Source: a virus. From it: a DNA stretch of 64,000 nucleotides. The position numbers were made by a program, and so were the translations under genes. The stretch spans positions 1-64,000 of the IMG/VR virus record IMGVR_UViG_3300042453_004683; one strand, written 5' to 3'. Positions within the stretch are counted from its first letter, which is position 1. Each line of letters opens with the position of its first letter. Under the pieces are notes generated by a model that was not told the DNA's origin, ran no database searches, and saw only the letters and a list, made by a program, of their open reading frames with translations. Shown one piece after another: positions 40,592 through 48,735 of the stretch.

Positions 40592-40935
40592 CCATCCATG
40601 CGCTTGCGGGCGCGGTTGTAGGCAGCGGTCACCTTGGCCTCGAAGGTGCCACGGCCGATGACGATGGGGCTGCGGATGGCGACGTTGCTCCGCGCGTACT
40701 TGGCGATGTACGTCGCGAGCACGTTGGCGTCGTCAATGGCCTGCACGGCACGCTCACGCCACAGGTCGCGCTCGCGGGCGAGGAAAGCCACCTCATCCTG
40801 CAAGCGCCGCACGTCGGCGTCCGTAGGGGACACGCCGATCACGCCCGGGATCGCGCCCAGGTCGGCCATCACGGGCCGGTTGTGATCGACGGCGCCGAGG
40901 TCGCGCACCTGGTCACGGCCGATGGCGACACTCAC
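40588..40935 (-). CDS. Hypothetical coiled-coil protein, 115 aa
   Basis: GGAGG RBS, GTGA overlap. Confidence 0.65.
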   Translation of the reverse strand: MSVAIGRDQVRDLGAVDHNRPVMADLGAIPGVIGVSPTDADVRRLQDEVAFLARERDLWRERAVQAIDDANVLATYIAKYARSNVAIRSPIVIGRGTFEAKVTAAYNRARKRMDG

Positions 40936-41123
40936 TTGTCACCTCCGGCGATCAGCGCCTCAAGCTCGGCGACACGAGCCTCCAGCGCGCGGACCTGCGC
41001 CGCACGCTCGCGTGCGAGGTTGAGGTAGGTCACCGCGTCGTCGCGCGCGGCCGCCTGGGCGCGGATGGCCTTGGCGAGGCGCCGGTGCAGACGAGCGACT
41101 TCGAGCAGTTCTTCCACGGTCAT
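40932..41123 (-). CDS. Hypothetical coiled-coil protein, 63 aa
   Basis: ATG at 41123, AGGAG RBS, promoter TTGACG-17-TACGTC at 41170-41198. Confidence 0.7.
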   Translation of the reverse strand: MTVEELLEVARLHRRLAKAIRAQAAARDDAVTYLNLARERAAQVRALEARVAELEALIAGGDK

Positions 41124-41407
41124 CGGGCTCTCCTGTGTGAGCGGCGTTGAGTGCCGCGACCACGCCAACGACGTAGCAAGGTGCCCGCCAGCCGTCAAGC
41201 AGCCCAGCTCGTCCAGGTGCGGTAGCCACATACCAACGCCGTCAGGTGGTCCTCCATCAGTATGTTTACCACCCCCTCCGCTGCTCTTTGGCCGGAAAGA
41301 GTCAACGCGCCACTACGCACGCCGCTACGCATTACACGCCGCCCGCCGTACGCGCGAGTACGGTGAACACGCCAGCCGCTACAAACCGCAACACGGCCAA
41401 AGAAGGC

Positions 41408-41429
41408 TGGGCAGCGGCGAAAGTTGACA
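41408..41429 (+). repeat. Dispersed inverted repeat A (TGGGCAGCGGCGAAAGTTGACA)
   Basis: 21/22 match to the reverse complement of 60042-60063. Confidence 0.85.
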
Positions 41430-41543
41430 GGTGGGCGCAGGATACCGCTCATGTTCTGCGAGAATGCGTCAGGGGTCTATCGTAGGGTATATAATCGAAA
41501 TCGCCGAGAACGTGGTAACGAGCGGCGATCTCACCGCCGGGGG

Positions 41544-41566
41544 TGATCCACTATCCTCCTAAGATC
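41544..41566 (+). repeat. Dispersed inverted repeat B (TGATCCACTATCCTCCTAAGATC)
   Basis: 23/23 match to the reverse complement of 60013-60035. Confidence 0.92.
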
Positions 41567-41619
41567 CTATAGACCCGTGCGCCCTGGATCGCGTCCGGCG
41601 TGGACCCCGTAGGGCGGGA

Positions 41620-42330
41620 GCCGGGAGGCTACCGGGCTATGACCTGGCCGGCTGGGTCATGTGCAAGCGGTAGAAGGGGCGGCTGAGACATAGGACATGA
41701 AGTCAACTGGTGCAAGGGGTGTAAGTCAGAAGAAGGGGTCGGGGTGGTGCGCGGCAGCGCACCGGGGGGCGCGACCGGGGGGCCTGGTGGCGGCGCGGCA
41801 GGCGGCGGGCGCGCTTGTGGGTGGGGTGCGGGGTTGTGCGGGGGGCGCCCGCTACCCGGCGGGGGGTGCGCGCTTCCCCTCCCGTCAGGCGGTGTGGCGC
41901 GTGGTAGACCGTGCCCCGTCTCACCCACGGTCGGCGGGCGCGCGGCGGCGGCCCGGACCCGCGGGGTCCTACGCTGCTCACCCCGTGAGGGACCGCGGGG
42001 CAGGGCAGGGGAAGAAGGGGTCAGGGTCGGCGGCGGGCGGGCGGGCGGGCGCCCCGGGCCCCGGGCCTGCGGGCGGACGTGGCCCGTGCTCGCACGCTAC
42101 GGGCCCCAGGAGGCGCGTTGCCCCGGCGGGCGGGCCAGCGGTCGGGCCCCGGCGGGCGGCGCCTGGAAAGGGGCTTCCCGTGCAAGCGCGGGCGTCGGTG
42201 GTAGCCCCTACGTCAGACGGCTACCCGGAACGCGAGAAAGCCCCGACGGGCGGACCGTCGGGGCAGGCGGGGCAGGCGAGGTCAGGCGGGCGCGCGGCGG
42301 GCGGGCGGGCGGGCGGGCGCCCGCGGCGGC
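41620..42330 (+). other. G-tract-rich non-coding region with (GGGC)n runs
   Basis: Many G3-G6 runs; GAAGAAGGGGTCRGGGT at 41729-41745 and 42011-42027; only low-complexity ORFs. Confidence 0.7.
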
Positions 42331-42824
42331 TACGGGCGACGGGCGGCGGGCGACGGGCCCGGGGTCTCAGCAACCCACGTCAGGAGGGCCAGCCCGACAA
42401 GCGCGGCGGCGCCAGCGCCCGACCCTGCGAGGGCGAACCACGGGATCGCGATCGCAAGGGCCAGCGTGCACGCTGCCCCGACGGCGGGCCCGGCGGCATC
42501 GGCCATCGTCGCGCCCGCGGCATCGGCCCAGCGCCCGAAGGCGCGGCGGGCCAGCGCCAGCGCCCCGACGACACCCCCCGCGGCGGCCCCGGCGGTCCGG
42601 GCGGCGGCCCCGATCGCCTTGCGGGGCGTGGTCCGGGCGGACGCGATCACGCGCTGACCGCGGGCCCCGTTCGGGCGGCGGCGGGAGATGACGATCGCGC
42701 ACTCGATGTCAGCGCAGACGGTCCAGAGCCCGACGACGGCGGCAACCGCGAGGGCCAGCGGCGCCAGCGCGAGACAGGCGAGGGAGGCGAGGGTCAAGGC
42801 GAGGGCGGCGGGGACGAGCAGCAT
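42330..42824 (-). CDS. Membrane protein, 164 aa, divergent from the early array
   Basis: ATG at 42824 after ACTTGGAGTGCCTACA (same RBS style as the early genes); hydrophobic N- and C-terminal segments. Confidence 0.6.
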   Translation of the reverse strand: MLLVPAALALTLASLACLALAPLALAVAAVVGLWTVCADIECAIVISRRRPNGARGQRVIASARTTPRKAIGAAARTAGAAAGGVVGALALARRAFGRWADAAGATMADAAGPAVGAACTLALAIAIPWFALAGSGAGAAALVGLALLTWVAETPGPSPAARRP

Positions 42825-43035
42825 TGTAGGCACTCCAAGTTGAGGGGCGGCGGCGCGCCCCGGGGGAACACTCGCCACGTAATGCGGCATCGGATCCGGG
42901 CAAGGCGAGATTAGCGCACAAGCGACGGAAAGTTGAAAGCGTCGGGCGGGCGGGCGCTTTCGACGATCGGCGGGCGGAGTGTTCACCGCTTTCACCGTTA
43001 TATCTGTAGGGCCCGACGGCGGGCGGCGGGTGGTC

Positions 43036-43196
43036 CTCGAGAAGCTCGAGCCTATCGGCATTCTCGAGAATGGGATCCTCGAGCGGCGCGCGGCTGGGCT
43101 CGAGCGGCGGCGGGGTCAGCTCGCGAGCGGGTCAGCTCGACAGACGGGCGGGCGGAACTCGACACTCGACACGGGCGGGCGGGCTCGACACTCGGA
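43036..43196. repeat. Cluster of CTCGAG (x5) and CTCGAC (x4) hexamers
   Basis: CTCGAG at 43036, 43045, 43063, 43078, 43099; CTCGAC at 43136, 43158, 43165, 43184. Confidence 0.9.
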
Positions 43197-43236
43197 TCGC
43201 CCCCAAGTACTGCGACCAGGTTGTGTACCTGTATCT

Positions 43237-43379
43237 TATGCTGCAACGCAGCATGACCATAAACGATGGATCACCTTGCTCTATGGATCGCGCTGATCGG
43301 CATTCTCGACAATCGAGGGTCGGCCCTATGCTGCAACGCAGCATGACGGGCCAGGTCCTATGCTGCACCGCAGCATGAC
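43237..43379. promoter_or_regulatory. Three palindromic operator-like sites TATGCTGCA(A/C)CGCAGCATGAC
   Basis: 21 bp copies at 43237-43257, 43327-43347 and 43359-43379; core ATGCTGC-N3-GCAGCAT. Confidence 0.8.
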
Positions 43380-43460
43380 GGCTGGAAGGTCGAGAACGTC
43401 GGCCCTATGCGGATCGTAGCGGTTTCTATCGCTTGCCTACAAATATCTGCCCCGCTCCCC

Positions 43461-43489
43461 TTGGCGGCGGCGAGCGCCCGCCATATGAT
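43461..43489 (+). promoter_or_regulatory. Early promoter TTGGCG-17-TATGAT with upstream AAATATCT
   Basis: Exact spacing; AAATATCT also precedes the promoter at 46559. Confidence 0.65.
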
Positions 43490-43561
43490 GTCTGTGCCAC
43501 CCAGCGGCGCGCCCGACGCGCCCGCTCCCCTCCCCTCCCCTCCCCCTCCGGAGTGTGCCCC

Positions 43562-43873
43562 ATGACCGATCCCGCGCTTGACCCCCGCTGCTCCTCCTGG
43601 ACCTTCAATGCGGACGGTACGCTGACCGTCCGGGCCCCCGCGGGGCAGGAGCGCCCCATTCGGGCCCTCATGGCGGCTATGGGCTACGTCTGCCCCATCG
43701 TGGAAGACATGCCCGATGGTAGCGTGCTCATGCACGATTCCCGCGCGATTGTCGAGATCTTCAATGACTGGCCCGTCAGCGGCCGCCGGTGCGACCCCGA
43801 CCCCGAGGCCCCCGGCGGGCCGTGGTATGACGGCCCGGATCGCTGCGTGGTCGACGTGCTCAACCGCTACTGA
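43562..43873 (+). CDS. Early hypothetical protein, 103 aa
   Basis: ATG at 43562 after GGAGTGTGCCCC. Confidence 0.7.
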   Translation: MTDPALDPRCSSWTFNADGTLTVRAPAGQERPIRALMAAMGYVCPIVEDMPDGSVLMHDSRAIVEIFNDWPVSGRRCDPDPEAPGGPWYDGPDRCVVDVLNRY

Positions 43874-43876
43874 CCT

Positions 43877-43988
43877 GCCCGCCCCCTTGCGGGGGCCCCG
43901 CGTTTGCCCTATCGGTATGCGTACTGGTAGGGCATACCCGGCGCCCCGGCCCGGATTGTGCGTTTCACCTATTGGAGTGTTCCCGATG
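43877..43988 (+). repeat. Intergenic hairpin/RBS module, copy 1
   Basis: GCCCGCCCCCTTGCGGGGGCCCCGCG, then a 13 bp hairpin (43905-43934), CCCGGCGCCCCGGCCCGGATTGTGCGTTT and TGGAGTGTTCCCGATG. Confidence 0.85.
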
Positions 43989-44195
43989 TCCCGTCGAACG
44001 ATGGTTGAGATTGTTGATTGCTACGAGGATCCCGCGCTTGCTGCGGGGCGCGCGTGGCTTGAGGCCCGCCGGGAAGCGGATCGCCTCAGCGCGATCGCGC
44101 GGCATACCCCGTCCTATGCGGACCGGGCCCGCCGGGCCCGTGAGGATGTCGCCTTGCTTGAGGCCCTCATCCACCAGAAGTACGGTACCCCGTAG
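43986..44195 (+). CDS. Early hypothetical protein, 69 aa
   Basis: ATG at 43986 at the end of module copy 1. Confidence 0.7.
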   Translation: MSRRTMVEIVDCYEDPALAAGRAWLEARREADRLSAIARHTPSYADRARRAREDVALLEALIHQKYGTP

Positions 44196-44311
44196 CCCGC
44201 CCCCTTGCGGGGCCCCGCGCTTGACGGATCGGCGTCGTGTCGATCCGTCAACCCCGGCGCCCCGGCCCGGATTGTGCGTTTGCTTTCAACCTGTATGGAG
44301 TGTTCCCTATG
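44195..44311 (+). repeat. Intergenic hairpin/RBS module, copy 2
   Basis: Same flanking blocks as copy 1 with a different-sequence 14 bp hairpin (44221-44251). Confidence 0.85.
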
Positions 44312-44797
44312 TCCACCGACACCCGTTACCGCGTCCTCTGCGCCGATGTCTCCCCCCTCGACCACGGCGGTACGTTCTACCGCGGCAACCTGACCGATGG
44401 GTTTGACGTGTTTGAAGTACAGCCCGTCGTCGCCTTTGTGGGCGAAGACGAGGCGGCCGATGTCGGTTTCCCCTTCTGGAGCCGTGAGTCCTTCCACGAT
44501 CGGGAGGACATCGCCGCTACCCTGTCCGATCGGCTCACTCTCGGGTACGTCGGCGCCGATCGGCTGCTCGGTCGCGATGTCGACAGCCTGACGGACGCTG
44601 AGATCCTTGAGGTTGTGTACGCTCGCCATGCGGTCGGCTGCGGTACCGACGAGGGCCCCGCGGGGTGGAGCGCGGATCTCCCCCTTGAGGATCTCGGGAT
44701 CGATCCCGCTGACGGCGCGGCGGCCGATGATGACTTTCGGCGCGATGTCCTCGGGGAAGACGACGACACCGACGACGACACCGACGACGGCGAATAG
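44309..44797 (+). CDS. Highly acidic early protein, 162 aa
   Basis: ATG at 44309; Asp/Glu-rich, ends EDDDTDDDTDDGE. Confidence 0.75.
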   Translation: MSTDTRYRVLCADVSPLDHGGTFYRGNLTDGFDVFEVQPVVAFVGEDEAADVGFPFWSRESFHDREDIAATLSDRLTLGYVGADRLLGRDVDSLTDAEILEVVYARHAVGCGTDEGPAGWSADLPLEDLGIDPADGAAADDDFRRDVLGEDDDTDDDTDDGE

Positions 44798-44950
44798 CAG
44801 CCCCGCCCCCGCCCACCGTCGGCGGGTCGCCCCGATGACACCGGCTTAGCCGCTGGTGTCATCCGGCCGGCTCACCCTGAACGGTTGTTCATGGCCCGGA
44901 TCCGTCAGTCAACCTGGCGCCGTTGCGCGCCTATGCCCGGAGTGTTCCCT

Positions 44951-45277
44951 ATGTCCGATGTCAAGCCGCCCCGCCTCCCCCCGATCGATACCCTCGCCCG
45001 CATCGTGGCCGATGTCCGGCGGGATCTCTACCGCTACGACGCTGACGACGTGCCCTATATCCAAGTCACGATCGGGATCGACGGCCGCGGCGGGTGGGGC
45101 TACCAGACGGGCGATAACTCGTATTCCGGCGCGGCCTACCACTACCCGTACTGGGGTGTCGCCGAAGTCTACCGCCGGCGCGACGTGCGCGAGACCGCGC
45201 GAGACGTGGCCCGTCAGCTCCGCAACGATGCCGCAGAAGCGTACTGGGCCAGCGAACCCTACGCCCCCCGCGAGTAA
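44951..45277 (+). CDS. Early hypothetical protein, 108 aa
   Basis: ATG at 44951 after GGAGTGTTCCCT; motif WGYQTGDNSYSGAAY. Confidence 0.75.
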   Translation: MSDVKPPRLPPIDTLARIVADVRRDLYRYDADDVPYIQVTIGIDGRGGWGYQTGDNSYSGAAYHYPYWGVAEVYRRRDVRETARDVARQLRNDAAEAYWASEPYAPRE

Positions 45278-45373
45278 GCCCCCGCTGGCGCCCGCCGTCC
45301 CCTCCCGTTCCCCTCTCAACCCGCCCGCCCCGGCGCCGTCAGCCGGCGGGCCCCTCAATACGGAGTGTTTCCT

Positions 45374-45769
45374 ATGCCCTACCGCCCCGCGCCGTTCACC
45401 GGCTACCGCAAGGCCCTCTATGTCTATGTCCGCACGACGTTCAATGGCGCGCCCGCCGTCGTCTGGGGCGGCTACCCGCCCGCCGGCGCGGGCGTGGCGA
45501 GCGTCAACGTCCCCGACCCCGCCCGCTGGACCGGCAAGCGGCGGGTCAACGTCCCCTATCTGGGGCTGCCCCTCAAGCTACAGGCGCTGTTCATCGGCCG
45601 GATCGTCTGGGCCCGCGCGCTTCACCGGCGCCGGCACGCCCTCCCCTGTCTGTCCTGCTACAACCCCGGCCCCGCGCCCCGCCCGCGTGACAGCCGGGGC
45701 CGGTTCGCCCCGCTCCCCGACGCGCCGCCCGTGGCCTACTGGCAACCGCCCCGCCCGTGGAACGGGTAG
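45374..45769 (+). CDS. Basic early hypothetical protein, 131 aa
   Basis: ATG at 45374 after GGAGTGTTTCCT. Confidence 0.65.
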   Translation: MPYRPAPFTGYRKALYVYVRTTFNGAPAVVWGGYPPAGAGVASVNVPDPARWTGKRRVNVPYLGLPLKLQALFIGRIVWARALHRRRHALPCLSCYNPGPAPRPRDSRGRFAPLPDAPPVAYWQPPRPWNG

Positions 45770-45912
45770 CCCCGCCCGGTAGCTTCCCCGCCCCGTCGGG
45801 GCGCCCCGCCGGTACCACGGCTGACCCGCCGATCGTGGTACCCGCCGGCCGCTGGCCCGATGTCTCTCCCTCAACCCCCGGCGCCGCCGCGCGCCTCCCT
45901 CAGGAGCGTTCC

Positions 45913-46110
45913 ATGCGCAACCGCCCCGCCCATTCGGGCTTGCACGTTCTCGACTACTACAACCCCGCCCGGACCACGGCCGACCCCGACGGCTGGCGCG
46001 ACCGCGAGACCGCCCGCGGCCGCCGCGCCCGCCGCCGCGGGTACGCCCGCGCGGAGCGGATCGATCGCGCCCTCGCCGCCGCCGACGCGGCCGCCGGGGG
46101 TGCCCGGTGA
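45913..46110 (+). CDS. Arg-rich early hypothetical protein, 65 aa
   Basis: ATG at 45913 after AGGAGCGTTCC. Confidence 0.6.
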   Translation: MRNRPAHSGLHVLDYYNPARTTADPDGWRDRETARGRRARRRGYARAERIDRALAAADAAAGGAR

Positions 46111-46514
46111 GCGCCCGTGTAACCGTCGGCGGCCCCTCCCCCGCCGCGCCCCCCGAGCTGGGGCCCTACGCCCAGCGGATCGCCGTCATCCGCCCGCTGC
46201 TCACCGGGGAGCGCGCCGAGGTCTGGACCTATGGCGGCGACGGGATCGCGATCGTCAGCGTCGACAAGCCGCGCGGCCGGTCCGCCGGTGGGCGCGTGGT
46301 CTTCGCCGCCACCGGCTACCCGCAGAGCGTCAGGCGCTTCGGCGACATTGGGATCGCGGGTAACGTGTTTGACTATGGTCTTTACTGGGCCGACGAGTCC
46401 GCCGATCTCGCGGCCGCCGAGGATGTCACGATCGATCGCGCGTGGTGGGGCTCTGCCCTCGCCGACGCGGCCGCCGGCGCCGTATTCGCTGCGGCTGAGC
46501 GCGCCGGCCGGTAG
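46107..46514 (+). CDS. Early hypothetical protein, 135 aa
   Basis: GTGA overlap with the previous gene. Confidence 0.6.
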   Translation: MSARVTVGGPSPAAPPELGPYAQRIAVIRPLLTGERAEVWTYGGDGIAIVSVDKPRGRSAGGRVVFAATGYPQSVRRFGDIGIAGNVFDYGLYWADESADLAAAEDVTIDRAWWGSALADAAAGAVFAAAERAGR

Positions 46515-46558
46515 CTGCCCCGGCACGGGGGAAAGATTAGAAATATCTCCCCCGGCCC

Positions 46559-46587
46559 TTGACCCCCTCCCCTCAGTCAGATATAAG
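46559..46587 (+). promoter_or_regulatory. Early promoter TTGACC-17-TATAAG
   Basis: Exact spacing; AT-rich upstream element AAAGATTAGAAATATCT. Confidence 0.7.
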
Positions 46588-46647
46588 AGTGTATCACCCG
46601 GCGGGCAGACAACCCCCCGCCGCTTCCCCTCCCCGGAGTGTGTCATC

Positions 46648-46983
46648 ATGGCGTTCCCTTCCGTAAAGACCCTTACCACGCGCCTCCCCCTGTCCGCCGA
46701 TCAGGCCGCCGAGCTTCGGAAACTCGCCGCCGACGGGCGCAAGCCCGGGGTCATCCTCGCCGCCGCCGATCGGATGCTCGGCGCGCATGGTGTGGAGCGT
46801 ATCGTGCCCGACCGGGCCATGAATGACCCGTGGTGCGCGGACCGTGGGATCCGCTACGTCAACCGCGGCGATAGCTACGATGACACCCTGATCCACGACA
46901 CCCGCCGGGATACGTGGCGCGTCTGTAGCTGGGCGGGCATCATCGAGGCGCAGCCCGCCCGGTTCAACGGCGCCGGCTTCTAA
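46648..46983 (+). CDS. Early hypothetical protein, 111 aa
   Basis: ATG at 46648 after GGAGTGTGTCATC; motif GAHGVE...YVNRGDSYDDTL...W. Confidence 0.75.
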   Translation: MAFPSVKTLTTRLPLSADQAAELRKLAADGRKPGVILAAADRMLGAHGVERIVPDRAMNDPWCADRGIRYVNRGDSYDDTLIHDTRRDTWRVCSWAGIIEAQPARFNGAGF

Positions 46984-47059
46984 CGCTGTAGCTGGCTCCC
47001 TCCCCCGCCGGGCGCGGTCCGCCCGGCCTGTCCCTGTAACTCTGTCCCTATGGTGACCT

Positions 47060-47308
47060 ATGGTGATCTTCATTGTCGCGCGTGAGTACTTCCGTTCCGC
47101 CGGGCACACTGTCCAGGGCATCACTTGGGCGGCCTACCTTGACGGTGAGCGCGTCGGCGGCGGCTACCTGCCCCCCGACGCGGTGAGCGGGAACCACGCT
47201 GCGCGGTATCGCGTCAATCAGGCGGCCGTGGCGGCCGGTCTCGGCGACATCGCCGCCGCAGCGTGCGAGATCGTGCGCGTCCCCGTCAACCGGTTGCGCG
47301 ACGCTTAG
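47060..47308 (+). CDS. Early hypothetical protein, 82 aa
   Basis: ORF in the array; weak RBS. Confidence 0.55.
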   Translation: MVIFIVAREYFRSAGHTVQGITWAAYLDGERVGGGYLPPDAVSGNHAARYRVNQAAVAAGLGDIAAAACEIVRVPVNRLRDA

Positions 47309-47346
47309 GCCCCTCCGTCTCAACGTCCACACTTGGAGTACGCATC

Positions 47347-47766
47347 ATGCCCCGCCCCCGTCTCGTGCCCGCCCACGCCCTCCGCGCCGCCGTCCCCGGC
47401 GCGGCGCTCCCCGAATGGGCCCGCCGCCACAACCGCGCCGTGTTCGATCCGCAGGGCTTCGAGCTGCCGATCGTGTTGCTCTGGCGCGCGATCGTGTCGG
47501 CCCCCGACCTGCCCGTCAGCCGGCAGACGGCAACCACGATCCGCGCGCGCTACGCCGCCGAGCACCGGCACCGCTACGGCTCCCCCGTCACCGATGATTG
47601 CGTCATCGGGGAGGCGCTGGCCGCCGCCCTCGCCCCGGACGGCACCGCCGCCGAGCGGCTCAACGCCGCCGCCGACCTGCTCAACGGGGAGATCGGCCGC
47701 CTCGACGGCGGTACCCTGTCCGGCCTGCTCGTGGCCGCCGCGGCCCGCGCGGGCGTGACCCTGTAG
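47347..47766 (+). CDS. Early hypothetical protein, 139 aa
   Basis: ATG at 47347 after TTGGAGTACGCATC; motif LLNGEIGRLDGGTL. Confidence 0.7.
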   Translation: MPRPRLVPAHALRAAVPGAALPEWARRHNRAVFDPQGFELPIVLLWRAIVSAPDLPVSRQTATTIRARYAAEHRHRYGSPVTDDCVIGEALAAALAPDGTAAERLNAAADLLNGEIGRLDGGTLSGLLVAAAARAGVTL

Positions 47767-47807
47767 CAGGGCCGCCCGACGGCGAACGGCGCCCGCCGAC
47801 AACGGCG

Positions 47808-47913
47808 CCGGCATCGAGTGCATTAGCCGTGGCAGTACGGGTAACCCGCATGGGGCGGGTGACCTGGCCGCCTATGGCTACACGCCCGACCCTTCCGGCT
47901 GCAATGATGCCGG
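47808..47913 (+). ncRNA. Putative structured RNA element (nested long hairpin)
   Basis: CCGGCATCG/TGATGCCGG, TAGCCGTGG/CTATGGCTA and GGTAACCCGC/GCGGGTGACC pair concentrically, with G-U pairs on the plus strand. Confidence 0.45.
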
Positions 47914-47950
47914 ACAGCGCCCCGGGGAATGGGGAGACAGGGAACGCACA

Positions 47951-48589
47951 ATGTCTGACCGTAGCAGCACCACGCTCACCCGTCAGGGTTTCCACGTCAC
48001 CATCATGGCGGAGGTTGACCCCTTCGCCTGCGCCGTGTCCGAACTGGCCGACCGGGGGCACGTCGTCCAGACGTGGCAGGGCCCGTATCACGGGTGGGCG
48101 ACCTTCACCCCCGGCCAGCCGCGCCGGGACGATCGGGGCGTGACCCACAACCGCCCGCCCCGCCCCTCCTCGTGCGGGGGGAACTGGCGCGTCGTCAAGG
48201 CCGCCGGCCCGTCTCAGGGTGACAGCTACCGGATCTGGTACAACGCCGACGAGATCCCCGCCGACGAGCGCGCCGCCTTCGCCGACAACGCGGCGGCCAT
48301 GATGAACGGTACGGTGTCCGCCTATGGGCTGACCGTCGAGATCCGCGCGACGCCCGGCGGCTCGGTACTCGCGGAGTCGGCCCTGTTCGGGTTCTGGATC
48401 GAGTACCGCCCCGACGGTGCCACCCTCATTCAGGAGGCCGACGGCGCCGGCATGATCGACGAGGCGATCCACAAGGCCCGCCGCAACGCAGCCGCCGCCG
48501 TCACCCGCCTGCGCGCCGAGGCCGACACGATCGCCGCGGCCATGCGCCGGGACGCCGACGCGATCGCCGCGGTCTGCGCGGGCGTGTAG
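47951..48589 (+). CDS. Early hypothetical protein, 212 aa
   Basis: ORF with RBS and consistent codon usage. Confidence 0.7.
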   Translation: MSDRSSTTLTRQGFHVTIMAEVDPFACAVSELADRGHVVQTWQGPYHGWATFTPGQPRRDDRGVTHNRPPRPSSCGGNWRVVKAAGPSQGDSYRIWYNADEIPADERAAFADNAAAMMNGTVSAYGLTVEIRATPGGSVLAESALFGFWIEYRPDGATLIQEADGAGMIDEAIHKARRNAAAAVTRLRAEADTIAAAMRRDADAIAAVCAGV

Positions 48590-48735
48590 CCCCTCGGGGC
48601 GGGTGCCCCTTCTTCGCGCCCGTCCCCGGCCGGCCTCGTCGCACGTCGATCCGGCCGGACGGCGGGCGCTGTCTGACCCCCTCTCCCCTTGCCTGCTGCC
48701 CTCCTCCCCTCCCGCAAACACTACAGGTACGCACA

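Noticed and set aside
41697-42914. 405 aa and 315 aa plus-strand ORFs
   Set aside because: Low-complexity G/R/A/P translations of a G-rich tract with no RBS; the minus-strand membrane gene at 42330-42824 is better supported.
43237-43379. Possible mini-CRISPR array (palindromic 21 bp repeats)
   Set aside because: Only three copies, spacers of 69 and 11 nt, and no cas genes; operator sites fit better.
43877-45913. Integron attC cassette array
   Set aside because: The hairpins lack RYYYAAC/GTTRRRY core sites and the typical extrahelical bases, and no integron integrase is present in the window.
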